Virus record (IMG/VR): IMGVR_UViG_3300030090_007212
Coordinates: 74,503-138,502 of that record
Source of the DNA: a virus
Direction: 5' to 3' (one strand)
Length of the DNA stretch: 64,000 nucleotides
Within the stretch, counting starts at the first letter, position 1. Every line of letters begins with the position of its first letter. The notes under the pieces were generated by a model, which saw only the letters and a list, made by a program, of their open reading frames with translations, made no database searches and had not been told where the DNA came from. The position numbers and the translations under genes are program-made. This document shows positions 1 to 10,198 of this stretch, piece by piece.

Positions 1-526
1 AATTTTTAATAGTTACTATTTTTCTTAAATTTATTACATATACACCAATACGTTCATGTAATAATTGTAACATATCTCTATCATTAGTGACTATGACTAT
101 TTTTTCATCATCTTTAATTTTGGAACAATAATACGCAATTCCATCATCTGCTTCAATAATTTCATCTTGAAATTGTCGAATAAATAGTTCTTCACAATAT
201 TGGAATACTCTTTCTTTTTGAATATATAATTCGGGTTCCGAAGGTGGTTGTTGAGTATAGAAATCTTTGTCTCTGTTGGATTTATAATCTTTATAGATGT
301 CATACCTTAACCTACCACTAAATATTCCATCCCAGAAGACAAAAACCCTATCATAACGATGTTCATTAATACACTTCCTTAACATAGTTAGGAATTGAAA
401 AATACCGCCTATATGGGTTTCTTTATAGTAAAGATTTTTCGCTCCATGATAGGCGGTTTTTAATAATGAATCACCATCTACTAATAGGGTGGTTGTATAT
501 TTTTTTCTTTTAGTTGGTCTGGACAC
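1..526 (-). CDS. 5'-3' exonuclease / flap endonuclease (T4 RNase H / PolA N-terminal type), runs off the window edge
   Basis: Not in the ORF track. Manual translation from GTG at 526 gives LLVDGDSLLKTAYHG...FVFWDG...RYDIYKDYKSNR...EADDGIA...IVTNDRDMLQL, the acidic motifs of the FEN/5'-3' exonuclease family. The frame is open to base 1. Confidence 0.92.
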   Translation of the reverse strand, partial: MSRPTKRKKYTTTLLVDGDSLLKTAYHGAKNLYYKETHIGGIFQFLTMLRKCINEHRYDRVFVFWDGIFSGRLRYDIYKDYKSNRDKDFYTQQPPSEPELYIQKERVFQYCEELFIRQFQDEIIEADDGIAYYCSKIKDDEKIVIVTNDRDMLQLLHERIGVYVINLRKIVTIKN

Positions 527-558
527 TTCTCATATTGATTCTAAAAATTAAACAATAG

Positions 559-1608
559 TTATTGATCGGCGTATTCCACTGGTGATTCTATAGTATCTCC
601 TTCTTCAATAGAAAAATCTACTTCTTCACCAACACTGTCAAATACTTGTGACCAATATTCTTTATAATCTGATTTATAAGAATCAATAGACTTCTTATCA
701 TCTTCTATGAACCCATGTGTGGTAGCTAATATTCTACAATCAGCATAACCTAATCCGTTCATATGATTTTTATGTATGCCTACCTTAGTCCTTACTGCAA
801 AGTTTACTTTTCTACCTTTGTTAGTCGCATTTAATTTAGATACACCTGAACTTTTCTGATTACCAAATAGAAATACTAACGCACAAGATAAGTAAATTGA
901 TTGTCCTCCTTTAGGTTGGATTCTTGGTTGACTAAAAGGATTATCAGGTAATTCTACCCAAGGTTGGTTAACAAATACCATAGTATTAGTATAAGGAGCA
1001 CTTTCTTTACGAGAAGATGTAATTCTTTGTGCCATACCCATACCCCATTTTTCAGAAATAATACGAGCGGTATGTTGATTACCACCTTTACCTTCAAAAC
1101 TCATTTTACAAGGAATTGTCCCTATAGAGTCCCATAAAAATACAATATCATGAGGTATATCCCCATTTTTTTGTGCATCTAATATTTCAGTAACATAATC
1201 AAATGCTTGTTCTATGTATTCGAATCCCAACCTATATAATAGAAATCCATCCCAAAATGCTTCGATTTCTCCTGTACTTTCATCTACTTCTTCAACATAT
1301 TCAGTTTCTAATCCCATTTGTTTAGCATGTTCAAAACTAAATTTCTGTTCGGTAATAATAAAAACAGGCAGTATTCCTTTCTTTTGTGCATCTACTGCGG
1401 TTTGGATTAAAGCGGTAGTTTTACCAGTATCGGAATGACCCAATAACATATTAATTTGACCCATTGCTGGTCCTGGTATTCCTGTCGCTTTTTGGAAAGA
1501 TTCCCCTAGATCAAAGTATTTTTGTTCTTTATACTTATCACTAGAAGAAAAACGTTTCCGGATACTAGAAAAATCAGTTGATTTCTTTTTTAGAGGTTTT
1601 TTTGCCAT
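559..1608 (-). CDS. recA: RecA/UvsX-like recombinase
   Basis: Walker A GHSDTGKTT, Walker B-like FLWDSIG, VFVNQ and KGG motifs; lies next to SSB and exonuclease genes. Confidence 0.92.
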   Translation of the reverse strand: MAKKPLKKKSTDFSSIRKRFSSSDKYKEQKYFDLGESFQKATGIPGPAMGQINMLLGHSDTGKTTALIQTAVDAQKKGILPVFIITEQKFSFEHAKQMGLETEYVEEVDESTGEIEAFWDGFLLYRLGFEYIEQAFDYVTEILDAQKNGDIPHDIVFLWDSIGTIPCKMSFEGKGGNQHTARIISEKWGMGMAQRITSSRKESAPYTNTMVFVNQPWVELPDNPFSQPRIQPKGGQSIYLSCALVFLFGNQKSSGVSKLNATNKGRKVNFAVRTKVGIHKNHMNGLGYADCRILATTHGFIEDDKKSIDSYKSDYKEYWSQVFDSVGEEVDFSIEEGDTIESPVEYADQ

Positions 1609-1613
1609 AATGC

Positions 1614-2504
1614 TTAAAATGGTAAGTCGTCAGTTTCTTCATTATCAAGTGGAGTTACATCTACACTATCATCTGTAGTGTCTACAGTAGAAGTAGTAGT
1701 AACATCATCCTTCAATAAATTTATTTCATCTTCCAATGAAGCGGTTTCTGATTCTTCTCTTTCTTCTTCCGCAACATACTTACTTTGTTCTGAATCCCAA
1801 ATAGGAGTCATATTTTTTGCAACTATTTCTAAATATTCAGGAGATTTTTTGGCGTAAACATCTCTAAATGTTTCTTCGTTGTTAAACCACTCGTTAGCTT
1901 TGGTGGTATCTTCAGTTAATAGAGTTACATCGTCACACATAATAGAAGTCACAACGCTCCATCCTTTATCATTTCGATTAGTAGTAATAATAATATCTCT
2001 ACCTTCTCTAGCATCAGTGATATCACCTTTTAGTTTAAACAAAGGCATTAACTTATCCATAACACCATCACCAGTGTATTTATGTTTAAATCTCCAAAAT
2101 TTAACACCATGATCTTCATTATCTCTATCTATACCTTTTACTACATAAAATTTACGAGGAGTATATTCTCTCGCCATTTCTTTGGCTTTCTTACTACCCT
2201 CCATTAATAAAGCTTCTTTAGCTTCATACAATGGGCAATATTCGCCATCATTTAATTTACTACAGTAAATTTTTTCATATTTACCATTAACTTGTCTTTC
2301 GTAAAAATATACTTCTTGAAAAGGAGAATTACCATCTTTTCCAGGTAAAATCCTAAAAGTTCTGGTAGCACTTTTAACTCCTTTTTGTAGTTTTTCTGTG
2401 AAATACTTTTTTAATCTGTCCTCGTTGGATATTCTACTTCCTTTTGTACTTTTTTCAGTATTTTTCTCATACTGAGATAGTATTGCGTCTAAAGCTTTAC
2501 TCAT
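1614..2504 (-). CDS. Single-stranded DNA-binding protein, T4 gp32-like
   Basis: FRILP, CPL, GRDIII motifs and acidic tail ending DDLPF; adjacent to recombinase. Confidence 0.8.
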   Translation of the reverse strand: MSKALDAILSQYEKNTEKSTKGSRISNEDRLKKYFTEKLQKGVKSATRTFRILPGKDGNSPFQEVYFYERQVNGKYEKIYCSKLNDGEYCPLYEAKEALLMEGSKKAKEMAREYTPRKFYVVKGIDRDNEDHGVKFWRFKHKYTGDGVMDKLMPLFKLKGDITDAREGRDIIITTNRNDKGWSVVTSIMCDDVTLLTEDTTKANEWFNNEETFRDVYAKKSPEYLEIVAKNMTPIWDSEQSKYVAEEEREESETASLEDEINLLKDDVTTTSTVDTTDDSVDVTPLDNEETDDLPF

Positions 2505-2542
2505 TTTTCTAATTTTTTATGATTAATTAATTTAATTATTTA

Positions 2543-2571
2543 AATATAAGGTACTTTTTTATAAAAGTCAA
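2543..2571 (-). promoter_or_regulatory. Putative host-RNAP promoter for the SSB-recA-exonuclease operon
   Basis: Minus strand reads TTGACT-17 bp-TATATT(TA), about 40 bp upstream of the SSB start. Confidence 0.55.
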
Positions 2572-2574
2572 TAT

Positions 2575-2614
2575 AAAAAAAAACCTATAATGGTTAAATT
2601 TACACATTATAGGT
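2575..2614 (-). terminator. Intrinsic terminator after the 247-aa gene
   Basis: Inverted repeat ACCTATAATG (2583-2592) / CATTATAGGT (2605-2614) followed by a T run on the minus strand. Confidence 0.65.
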
Positions 2615-2640
2615 CAATTAGTCAAATTAAAAAAATAAGT

Positions 2641-3384
2641 TTATTCTGTTTCATCATTTGCGTCATAATCAAATGATTGCTGTACTTCAGTTTTACTATA
2701 ATCGTTTACGTCTTTTTGAGTAATTATATATTCTTCTTTTTCTTCACTACCTACATCATAACCTTCTTGATCTTTCCAAAAATCAGTTAAAGATACACTA
2801 TAAGGGAATGAATCCATTGATCTCATTTCTAATTGTTCTACAGGAGTTGGGTTTCTCTCCTCTATTTCTTTTTCTAACTCATCTATTTTATCAATAACTT
2901 GATCCATTCCAGATACTTGCCCTTCTAAATCATTGAATTTTCCTAATAATTCATCCATTTTTGATGTTAAAGCATTAATTTCATTTCTTGTTTCTTCTGC
3001 TTTATCCACAATATCGGTAACTTCTATTTCTACAGTTTCTTCTCCACCTTCATCTGCAAATTCATCTTCTACTTCTAAACCACCTTCATCAGCAAAAGGA
3101 TCAGTCTCACCTTCTTCATCAGCCATATCAGCAAAAGGATCTTCCCCTTCTTCTCCTTCAACTTCTTCTCCTTCAACCTCCTCATCAGCCATATCAGCAA
3201 AAGGATCTTCTCCTTCTTCCTCTCCCGGAACAGGATCTTGTTCATTTAATTCTTCTGCCGCACCCAATAATAAATTTTCAACTTCATCATTAGGGTTAGT
3301 AATATCATCTTCCATATAGAAAGTATATTCTAACAATTGCATATGCCGTTTAAGCTCCTCTTTTAATAAATTATCGTTTCCCAT
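2641..3384 (-). CDS. Highly acidic coiled-coil protein, possibly head scaffold/core-associated
   Basis: 247-aa ORF, very D/E-rich, DPFADMADEE repeats, coiled-coil segment, N-terminal LLKEELKRHMQLLE motif. Function inferred only. Confidence 0.55.
   Translation of the reverse strand: MGNDNLLKEELKRHMQLLEYTFYMEDDITNPNDEVENLLLGAAEELNEQDPVPGEEEGEDPFADMADEEVEGEEVEGEEGEDPFADMADEEGETDPFADEGGLEVEDEFADEGGEETVEIEVTDIVDKAEETRNEINALTSKMDELLGKFNDLEGQVSGMDQVIDKIDELEKEIEERNPTPVEQLEMRSMDSFPYSVSLTDFWKDQEGYDVGSEEKEEYIITQKDVNDYSKTEVQQSFDYDANDETE
3116..3219. repeat. Intragenic direct repeat, 66-bp period, encoding EGEDPFADMADE
   Basis: tcatcagccatatcagcaaaaggatcttc occurs at 3116 and 3182; partial third copy near 3086. 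Confidence 0.85.
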
Positions 3385-3389
3385 TTTTT

Positions 3390-3572
3390 TTAAATTAATA
3401 ATTGTCTACCATCTGTAGTTTTATAAACTTTAGTAACTCTTTCTACAATTTCTTTTCCATCATTGATAAAGCACTCTTCACCTACACACTCCTTCTCCTT
3501 TTTTTCATTTAAGAAATCATCCAATTTATCTTCTAAATTTTGTTTTTCCTTTTTTTCTTTTTTATTTTCCAT
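3390..3572 (-). CDS. Small hypothetical protein
   Basis: 60-aa ORF with ATG start, preceded by the ATATTTATA motif at 3588-3596, abutting the next gene. Confidence 0.75.
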   Translation of the reverse strand: MENKKEKKEKQNLEDKLDDFLNEKKEKECVGEECFINDGKEIVERVTKVYKTTDGRQLLI

Positions 3573-3600
3573 ATCAATGTCTTTAATTATAAATATTCTA

Positions 3601-4017
3601 TTATTCAGAAAAATTACGATTAATGTCCATTATTACTAAATTTCCATTTTTTACAATTAACATTTTTCCTTGATATTTATCCCAATCTATTTCATGTTCT
3701 TTATAATTAATATTCCCTTTTTCTAAACCTACTTCAGATTCAATTAACTTATTCAAGGCATTAATTGTGTAAAAACATTCTCCTTTTTTATGTACTATAA
3801 TAGTAGTAGGGAAAAAGGATTTTGTATTGATTTTTTTTCCATCTTTTAAATAAACCCTAAATGTTAATATCTGTTTATCCTGTTCTTCTTCTGATGTGTA
3901 GATGAAAATTTTATCTTCGGGGGTTCTAAACCTTTTTTGTAGATATTTTTTGAAACTTTCTACTTTATCATTAAGGACAAACGAAGCTAGGGTTATTATC
4001 TTCACTGCATTCTCCAT
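3601..4017 (-). CDS. Hypothetical phage protein
   Basis: 138-aa ORF that fills the gap and overlaps the upstream gene. Confidence 0.75.
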   Translation of the reverse strand: MENAVKIITLASFVLNDKVESFKKYLQKRFRTPEDKIFIYTSEEEQDKQILTFRVYLKDGKKINTKSFFPTTIIVHKKGECFYTINALNKLIESEVGLEKGNINYKEHEIDWDKYQGKMLIVKNGNLVIMDINRNFSE

Positions 4018-4603
4018 ATCTATAAATGTAAGGTAGTATTTTATTATTTTTGTTAGTTTTTGTTATTATACTCTTACATTTATTAAATACTTGATTTCTG
4101 ATTAAAAGGCTATCAGTTAATTGGTTGATTTTATTAATTATTTTTTGTTTTTTAATACCTATTAATTCCATAATATTTAAATCAACACCAAAAACGATGT
4201 TTTCATTATAAATATATAACATATTATTGTCACTTATATATGAAATTGATTTATTAAAACTATTAATTTTATTAATAATTTTTTTAATTTTACTCTTTTT
4301 ATCATGAATAGGATCAATATATACATAATTTAAATGATTCCCTATATTACTATAACATAGATTTTTAAATATTATAATATCTTCCTCATATTCAACTTTT
4401 CTTTCTTTTGGTGTGAATGTCCAACATAAATTTTCTTTTATTTGTTTATGTAAAATAGACGCTTCGGATATAGTATCCTTAGTAATATCCCACCCTATTA
4501 TTATTGTGGGTAAATTAGGTATAATATCTTCTATAGTAGTAGATACTTTAAATTCTTTTTCGAATTCTATGGGTTGGTGTGTAACTATATTTCCAATAAT
4601 CAT
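3971..4603 (-). CDS. Hypothetical phage protein
   Basis: 210-aa ORF with TATATTTG promoter element just upstream. Confidence 0.75.
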   Translation of the reverse strand: MIIGNIVTHQPIEFEKEFKVSTTIEDIIPNLPTIIIGWDITKDTISEASILHKQIKENLCWTFTPKERKVEYEEDIIIFKNLCYSNIGNHLNYVYIDPIHDKKSKIKKIINKINSFNKSISYISDNNMLYIYNENIVFGVDLNIMELIGIKKQKIINKINQLTDSLLIRNQVFNKCKSIITKTNKNNKILPYIYRYGECSEDNNPSFVCP

Positions 4604-4608
4604 AATTA

Positions 4609-4616
4609 CAAATATA
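4609..4616 (-). promoter_or_regulatory. Bacteroidota-type -7 element (TAnnTTTG)
   Basis: TATATTTG on the minus strand 5 bp before the ATG at 4603. Confidence 0.55.
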
Positions 4617-4642
4617 AGAATTTTTTTTTAAAAAGTTAATAC

Positions 4643-7600
4643 CTATGCCCTATCGTAAGATATTAAAGGTTTACCCTCATACGAAAAATTACTTAAAACG
4701 GACTCAAATTTTTCATAAAATTTATCTTTATCCTTTTTTGTAGGACAACTCATTGCACTAGTCCTTTCAAACGTAGTAGAATTACCATCTTCTTTAGCAT
4801 AATCATTACAAGATTTTTTGTTAGCATCTTTAATATCATTCCATACGTAAATTGCGGCACGTAAAGCAATATTAGGTTGAGTACTTACCGCAAAAGGTGT
4901 TAACTTTTGATCTCCTTTATCAAACTTTTTATACTGTTCTTTACCATTTATATAAAAATATCCTCTTTCTCTATATCTAAAAGAATCCCCTATTTGATCA
5001 TTACCACCAACAATTACACCATCTTGGTCTAACTTTTGTTTATCGTTATAAACATCATACACTTTATTTATTTCTAAACCATTAACTACAAAAGAATCCA
5101 TTTGTGTTGCACTATAATATTTAGTTTGACCCGAAAATGGGGAGGAATCATCAAATTTAACAATAAAGTTTTCTAAAGAAGGTATATCATCTGCAGATTG
5201 TTTTTCAGTTTTAGATAGGTTATCTGAATTTACTAATAAATTAGTTAAGAACATAGTTGCTTGACTATTACTTATAATACCATTTTGAATCATAACATTA
5301 CCTAATTCTGTGGCACTTACTCTTTCATTCACTGGAGTTGTCACCCCTAATTCTTGAGTTAATTTTTCTTCAGTTAGTTGATTATACTCAAAATTTAATT
5401 TTTGTACCTCTTCATCAACACCAATACTATATAAGGGGTCAGTGGTTAAATTATTAGAAAATTCAATAGGAGGTAATTGTAAATCTGCCGTTAAATCTAT
5501 ATTTAAGAAGGCAGTAGGTTTATCCACATAACTAGTAATAAATTTAGATTGTCTTACACCACTAAAATTAGTAGACATACTATTTGGTGTAATATTATGA
5601 TTTACGTTGGTTATAAGATATGCACCATTAAAAAATGGGACATTTTGTAAATCAAAATACATAAGTGGTTGGATATTCATACACCCCATAGCATCTACTT
5701 TACACGTATAAGATCTGGTTTTAAATAACCTTAATAAGTCACTTCCCTGATATGATCTTTGTGTACCACCTTTTTTATCAATAAGATCACTTAATGCTTT
5801 AAAATACTCCGCAGTTTCTCTATGTTCTTGTTGACTTAAAGATACATTTTTAAAAATTGTTTGGTTTTGTGCACCAAACCCAACTTTAAAAGCAACTAAA
5901 CTACTATCGGAATTAAAATCACTAGGAATATTCTTATTACTAAACGAAAACCCATCATTAGGATAAGAATAAGTAGTATTCTCCCCAATATCTAATACTT
6001 CAGAATTACCACCCGCATAAATACAAACATACGCTGGTCCTCTAGACCTATTATTTTCATTAACATTAGTTATTGGTTTAAAAATTTCTGCAACTTCAAC
6101 ATTATCTTTATAATTTATAAAAGTAGGTAATATCTGAAATAGAAAATTACTATCCCTCAATATTTTTGCAATAAAAAAATAGATTGAGGTGTTAAGGTCA
6201 TTAGATAAACCTAGAATACTATCTAAATTGATAACCGCTTTATCTCCTATATCTGCCCAACCTCTGTCAATAAATTTAAAATAATCAAATAATTCATTAT
6301 TCGCACCACATACTTGTTGTTGTTTATTATCATCTGCCACCCATTTATTATTTACATTCTTAAAGTAATTATAAATTTGTAACTTAATAGAGTTTTCTGT
6401 TGAATTGCTGTTAGTGTTTACTTGTTCCGTTTTATTATCACTACCTTTCTCATTAACTGTTTCTTCAAATGCACTTTTAAATCCTGTTAGATAATCATTT
6501 ATATCATTTATGGTGATATTATTGTTTGGTGTGTTAGGGTCAAAAAATGAAGTAGGTGCAGTTAAAACCACTGAACTTAATTTATTCATTTCATTAATGA
6601 TTTGATTACGTGCAGAGATTTGTTGATCTTCGGATATGGTTAAATCACTACTTTTATATGTTTTAACTAAATTTTCAAAATTTAAAAATCCTTTTGCACC
6701 TGAACTTAACCCTACCCAATTTTCAAATTTAAATATTAATTCTTGTTGTGTTTTAAAAGGTAAGTTTAATAATTCATTTTCTATGTTAGGGGTTTTATCT
6801 CCGCTTAACACACCTATTTTATTTATATATTGATTTTTAGGTGAGGAAAGAACATTCCAATTACTTAAAAAGTCATTATTATATCTCGATAATAAACCAC
6901 CAATAAAATATAGATAATAACTTGGTATTTTTATTACTCGTGCGGTTTGATTTTCTTGTTTTAAAACTTCTAATACCTTTTTAAATTTATTGAAAGGTAA
7001 AGTAGATAATAATAATAATGCCCTACCTTTATCATCACTTATATTATTATAAAAATCATTATCTGTTAATAAAGTTTCATATTTTGTTTGATTATTAGGG
7101 GGTAATGTTGGATTTAAAATATTGATGTATTTCCCTTCTGCCTCACTTGGTTCATTACTTATAGTAGTATTAGGTAATGGGTTGGAGTTAGTTATTGTAG
7201 TATTAGGAAGAGGGGACGTAGAAGATACATTGGTGGTAGGGGTAATGTCTTCTGTTGTTATATTTCCCCCATCAATAACTTTTATACTTCTAATATTATA
7301 ATTTTCATTTTTATTATCCGTTGCTATTAATTTATTATTAACCTTATCTAACCAAATATGGTTAAATAAATTGTTAGTAAGATTATTATTATAATAATAA
7401 GTTTTATAAGTCTTAGAATTTACTTCTTTAGCAACAATCTTTTTATAATCTTTATTATCAGTAATATCTCCCCATAAAGATTTACTGTTATTTACTATTG
7501 TGGATACACTATTATCTACTATAATATATTGTGATTCTACAATTGGTTTATTGACAACTTCAAAACCGTTATTGATTTTTTTAACCATATTGGTATCAGT

Positions 7601-9853
7601 TGCAGTGGTAACAATATTTTGGAGAGGATCTAATCTGGTTTGAGGATTTGTTTTTAATATATTATTTTCAATATAATCTCTTATTACTTTTGAGAATATT
7701 GTTAAATTTGCATTTATACCATCTAAAGACCCATATACTGTTAAAGGACTTTTATTATTTATATCTTTATTAAAATTAGAATAATTTTTTATAATATCAA
7801 TTCTTTTAATGAATTGACTCACCATTTCTTCATTAATAGTGTTGGTATCATTTAATATGTTTAACCTTAAAAATGGATTAACATCATAATCTAAAGGATT
7901 CACTGGAAACCAATTGTCAGTATCATTACCCGCAAACCCTGCTGTTGCTTTTGTTATTTCATTTAATTCACTTCTTTTTTTAGTTAAATTTTTAAATACA
8001 TCCTCCACAAATTTAACTTCAGGGAATAAAGAAATATTTGATTTTATTTGTTCATTTTCACCTAAATAAATTTCTATATTACCTTTGTCATCACTAGATT
8101 GATAAACAGTGGGCCACATAAACTCGTTAAATTTTACAGGTAAATCACTATTTTTTTCACCGAACTCTTTAACAATTAAAGCTTTCCTTTGGTCTTGGGT
8201 ATTACTAGAATTAACATTATTTTTTAATTCTTTTAAACATAATAACATTGCATCTGTATTATTACATATAATTCTAAATATATTACGTATAGAGGGGTTC
8301 ATCTTTAAATTACCAATTAAGGTTTCATTTAATTTTTTTTGTACCTCTTCTTGTTGTTTTTTTATATTTTCCCTTAAATTAATTAATGTATTTTCTACTT
8401 GTGATCTAATTTCTCTCAAATCAAAAACAAAAACATTATTAGATAAACTCATGTCTTCTACTCTAGTGTTTTTATTTTGTGGGGTAGAAAAGTATAATGT
8501 CGGTTGGAATTCTGAGTTTATTAATGGATCTTGAGCAGGTAAAGGACCTTCATTTAAAATACCGCCTGGGGTATTAAATTGAGTGAAAACATTTTCTATA
8601 GTAATAGATTTATTACCAACCGACCATAAAAATTTTTCATACGATTCTCCTATTTTAAAAGAATCTAATAAAGATTGTTGGCTTTCTTTTGAAATTCCTC
8701 CTTTGTTTCCTTTAACTTGTGATAATTCTTTATTTTTATTTATGAGAAAATCATTATAATCTTTAGTAATATCTTCTAAAGTTGTGAAATATTCTTTTAT
8801 ATCTGGTAATCTTATTGAGTTAATTAATAAAAAATCTCTTATAGAAAGATAATCGGATCCTAATACTAATGAATTATCAGTAATTTTACTAGTTTCTACC
8901 TGCGTAGAATTATTAGTTTGTTTTAAATATTCTGTTGTAGACTCATTATTAATATCTTTAGTTAAAGGTACCCCTATAAATGTTTGTAACCTTTTTAGTT
9001 TCCCAAAAAGTTCATTTAAAGTTTTTAATACTTCAAATTCATCGTTTTTATCTTTAATGTCCTCAAATTCTAATTGTAATTTAGATATTCTTACGAAAAA
9101 ATCATCTATTTGTCGAATATCCGTTTCAATAGGTGGTAAGTCCGGATCAATAGCTTCTTGATTATCATAAATTTGATTTAATTTATTAACCCCTATTTCC
9201 GTATTTACCGCACCAATTATATTACCTAATACCATATCTGCTAAAAAAGCCTGCTGAAACCCTACAAAGTTAGCAGTTATATTAAAATCTCCTGTTCCAC
9301 CATCAAAATCTGATGTCCAATTAGTCATATGAAGACAATAATCTACTGTTTTACCAAAATATCCTTTTACAGATAATTTAAAAATAGGATAAGGCATTTT
9401 AAAAAATATACTATATGGTGATTTTCTATTATCATTATCAATAACATCAAATAATGATGCACCTCTCACATCCGTAAAAGTTATATCTACCTGTGGTACT
9501 AAACTAGCATCATATTTTATATCAATACTTTTTATACCAAACCCTTCTAATATCCCTCTACTATTTGCATCTACAGTACCCCCTATTTTAGTATAATTGG
9601 TAGTTGCATAAGTTTTTTGTGGTGAAGGATCAATCTCCCCTTTAGCGTTATAATTTACTTCAGTCGCAATAAAATTAATTTCACCTATAGTTTCTACCAA
9701 ATCACTCCTATTTCTTTCATATGCGGAAAATTTAACATATATAAACATATCTTCAGGTGGAATCATATCCATTCCCGGTGGATTAGGGTCAACTAAAAAT
9801 ATATTAGCTGCCACACGTTCAACATTAGATGTATTTGATTGGTTAGTAGGCAT
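4643..9853 (-). CDS. Large baseplate hub / tail-tip protein with degenerate C-terminal GH19 lysozyme-like domain
   Basis: 1736 aa. Hub-like motifs (GFGIKSIDI, FTDVRG, GAYLITNVNHNITP). C-terminal GDSFRYRERGYFYINGKEQY and ALRAAIYVW resemble GH19. Position downstream of tape measure. Confidence 0.7.
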   Translation of the reverse strand: MPTNQSNTSNVERVAANIFLVDPNPPGMDMIPPEDMFIYVKFSAYERNRSDLVETIGEINFIATEVNYNAKGEIDPSPQKTYATTNYTKIGGTVDANSRGILEGFGIKSIDIKYDASLVPQVDITFTDVRGASLFDVIDNDNRKSPYSIFFKMPYPIFKLSVKGYFGKTVDYCLHMTNWTSDFDGGTGDFNITANFVGFQQAFLADMVLGNIIGAVNTEIGVNKLNQIYDNQEAIDPDLPPIETDIRQIDDFFVRISKLQLEFEDIKDKNDEFEVLKTLNELFGKLKRLQTFIGVPLTKDINNESTTEYLKQTNNSTQVETSKITDNSLVLGSDYLSIRDFLLINSIRLPDIKEYFTTLEDITKDYNDFLINKNKELSQVKGNKGGISKESQQSLLDSFKIGESYEKFLWSVGNKSITIENVFTQFNTPGGILNEGPLPAQDPLINSEFQPTLYFSTPQNKNTRVEDMSLSNNVFVFDLREIRSQVENTLINLRENIKKQQEEVQKKLNETLIGNLKMNPSIRNIFRIICNNTDAMLLCLKELKNNVNSSNTQDQRKALIVKEFGEKNSDLPVKFNEFMWPTVYQSSDDKGNIEIYLGENEQIKSNISLFPEVKFVEDVFKNLTKKRSELNEITKATAGFAGNDTDNWFPVNPLDYDVNPFLRLNILNDTNTINEEMVSQFIKRIDIIKNYSNFNKDINNKSPLTVYGSLDGINANLTIFSKVIRDYIENNILKTNPQTRLDPLQNIVTTATDTNMVKKINNGFEVVNKPIVESQYIIVDNSVSTIVNNSKSLWGDITDNKDYKKIVAKEVNSKTYKTYYYNNNLTNNLFNHIWLDKVNNKLIATDNKNENYNIRSIKVIDGGNITTEDITPTTNVSSTSPLPNTTITNSNPLPNTTISNEPSEAEGKYINILNPTLPPNNQTKYETLLTDNDFYNNISDDKGRALLLLSTLPFNKFKKVLEVLKQENQTARVIKIPSYYLYFIGGLLSRYNNDFLSNWNVLSSPKNQYINKIGVLSGDKTPNIENELLNLPFKTQQELIFKFENWVGLSSGAKGFLNFENLVKTYKSSDLTISEDQQISARNQIINEMNKLSSVVLTAPTSFFDPNTPNNNITINDINDYLTGFKSAFEETVNEKGSDNKTEQVNTNSNSTENSIKLQIYNYFKNVNNKWVADDNKQQQVCGANNELFDYFKFIDRGWADIGDKAVINLDSILGLSNDLNTSIYFFIAKILRDSNFLFQILPTFINYKDNVEVAEIFKPITNVNENNRSRGPAYVCIYAGGNSEVLDIGENTTYSYPNDGFSFSNKNIPSDFNSDSSLVAFKVGFGAQNQTIFKNVSLSQQEHRETAEYFKALSDLIDKKGGTQRSYQGSDLLRLFKTRSYTCKVDAMGCMNIQPLMYFDLQNVPFFNGAYLITNVNHNITPNSMSTNFSGVRQSKFITSYVDKPTAFLNIDLTADLQLPPIEFSNNLTTDPLYSIGVDEEVQKLNFEYNQLTEEKLTQELGVTTPVNERVSATELGNVMIQNGIISNSQATMFLTNLLVNSDNLSKTEKQSADDIPSLENFIVKFDDSSPFSGQTKYYSATQMDSFVVNGLEINKVYDVYNDKQKLDQDGVIVGGNDQIGDSFRYRERGYFYINGKEQYKKFDKGDQKLTPFAVSTQPNIALRAAIYVWNDIKDANKKSCNDYAKEDGNSTTFERTSAMSCPTKKDKDKFYEKFESVLSNFSYEGKPLISYDRA

Positions 9854-9861
9854 TAAAACTC

Positions 9862-10188
9862 TTAACTTTCACCATATAACCTTTCATACTCATTTACTGC
9901 TTCAATATATTGTTGTAAACTATCTCTAAAAGGATATGGTATTCTTATTATTTCATTATCAGGAATATTTTCTTCCACACCACCATATTGGGGATTGGCT
10001 AACATAATTAACCACCCATGATAGGGATTATCATAATATTGTTGACTTAATTTATCCATTCTTGTTCTTTGAGAATGGTAAACTACTGTCTTATCACTTT
10101 GTTTTGGTGTTATTTTTATAAAAGGTATCATAGTATAACCACCATCCACTTTAAATCTTTGATATCTATCGTAATATTCCTTTGACAT
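9862..10188 (-). CDS. Baseplate wedge protein (gp53-like / LysM-like)
   Basis: RMDKLSQQYYDNPYHGWLIMLANP...IRIP pattern typical of gp53/tail-X proteins. Confidence 0.75.
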   Translation of the reverse strand: MSKEYYDRYQRFKVDGGYTMIPFIKITPKQSDKTVVYHSQRTRMDKLSQQYYDNPYHGWLIMLANPQYGGVEENIPDNEIIRIPYPFRDSLQQYIEAVNEYERLYGES

Positions 10189-10198
10189 AGTATTTTAT

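Noticed and set aside
97-303. 68-aa ORF in the track
   Set aside because: Alternate frame inside the 5'-3' exonuclease gene (1..526), which has clear family motifs.
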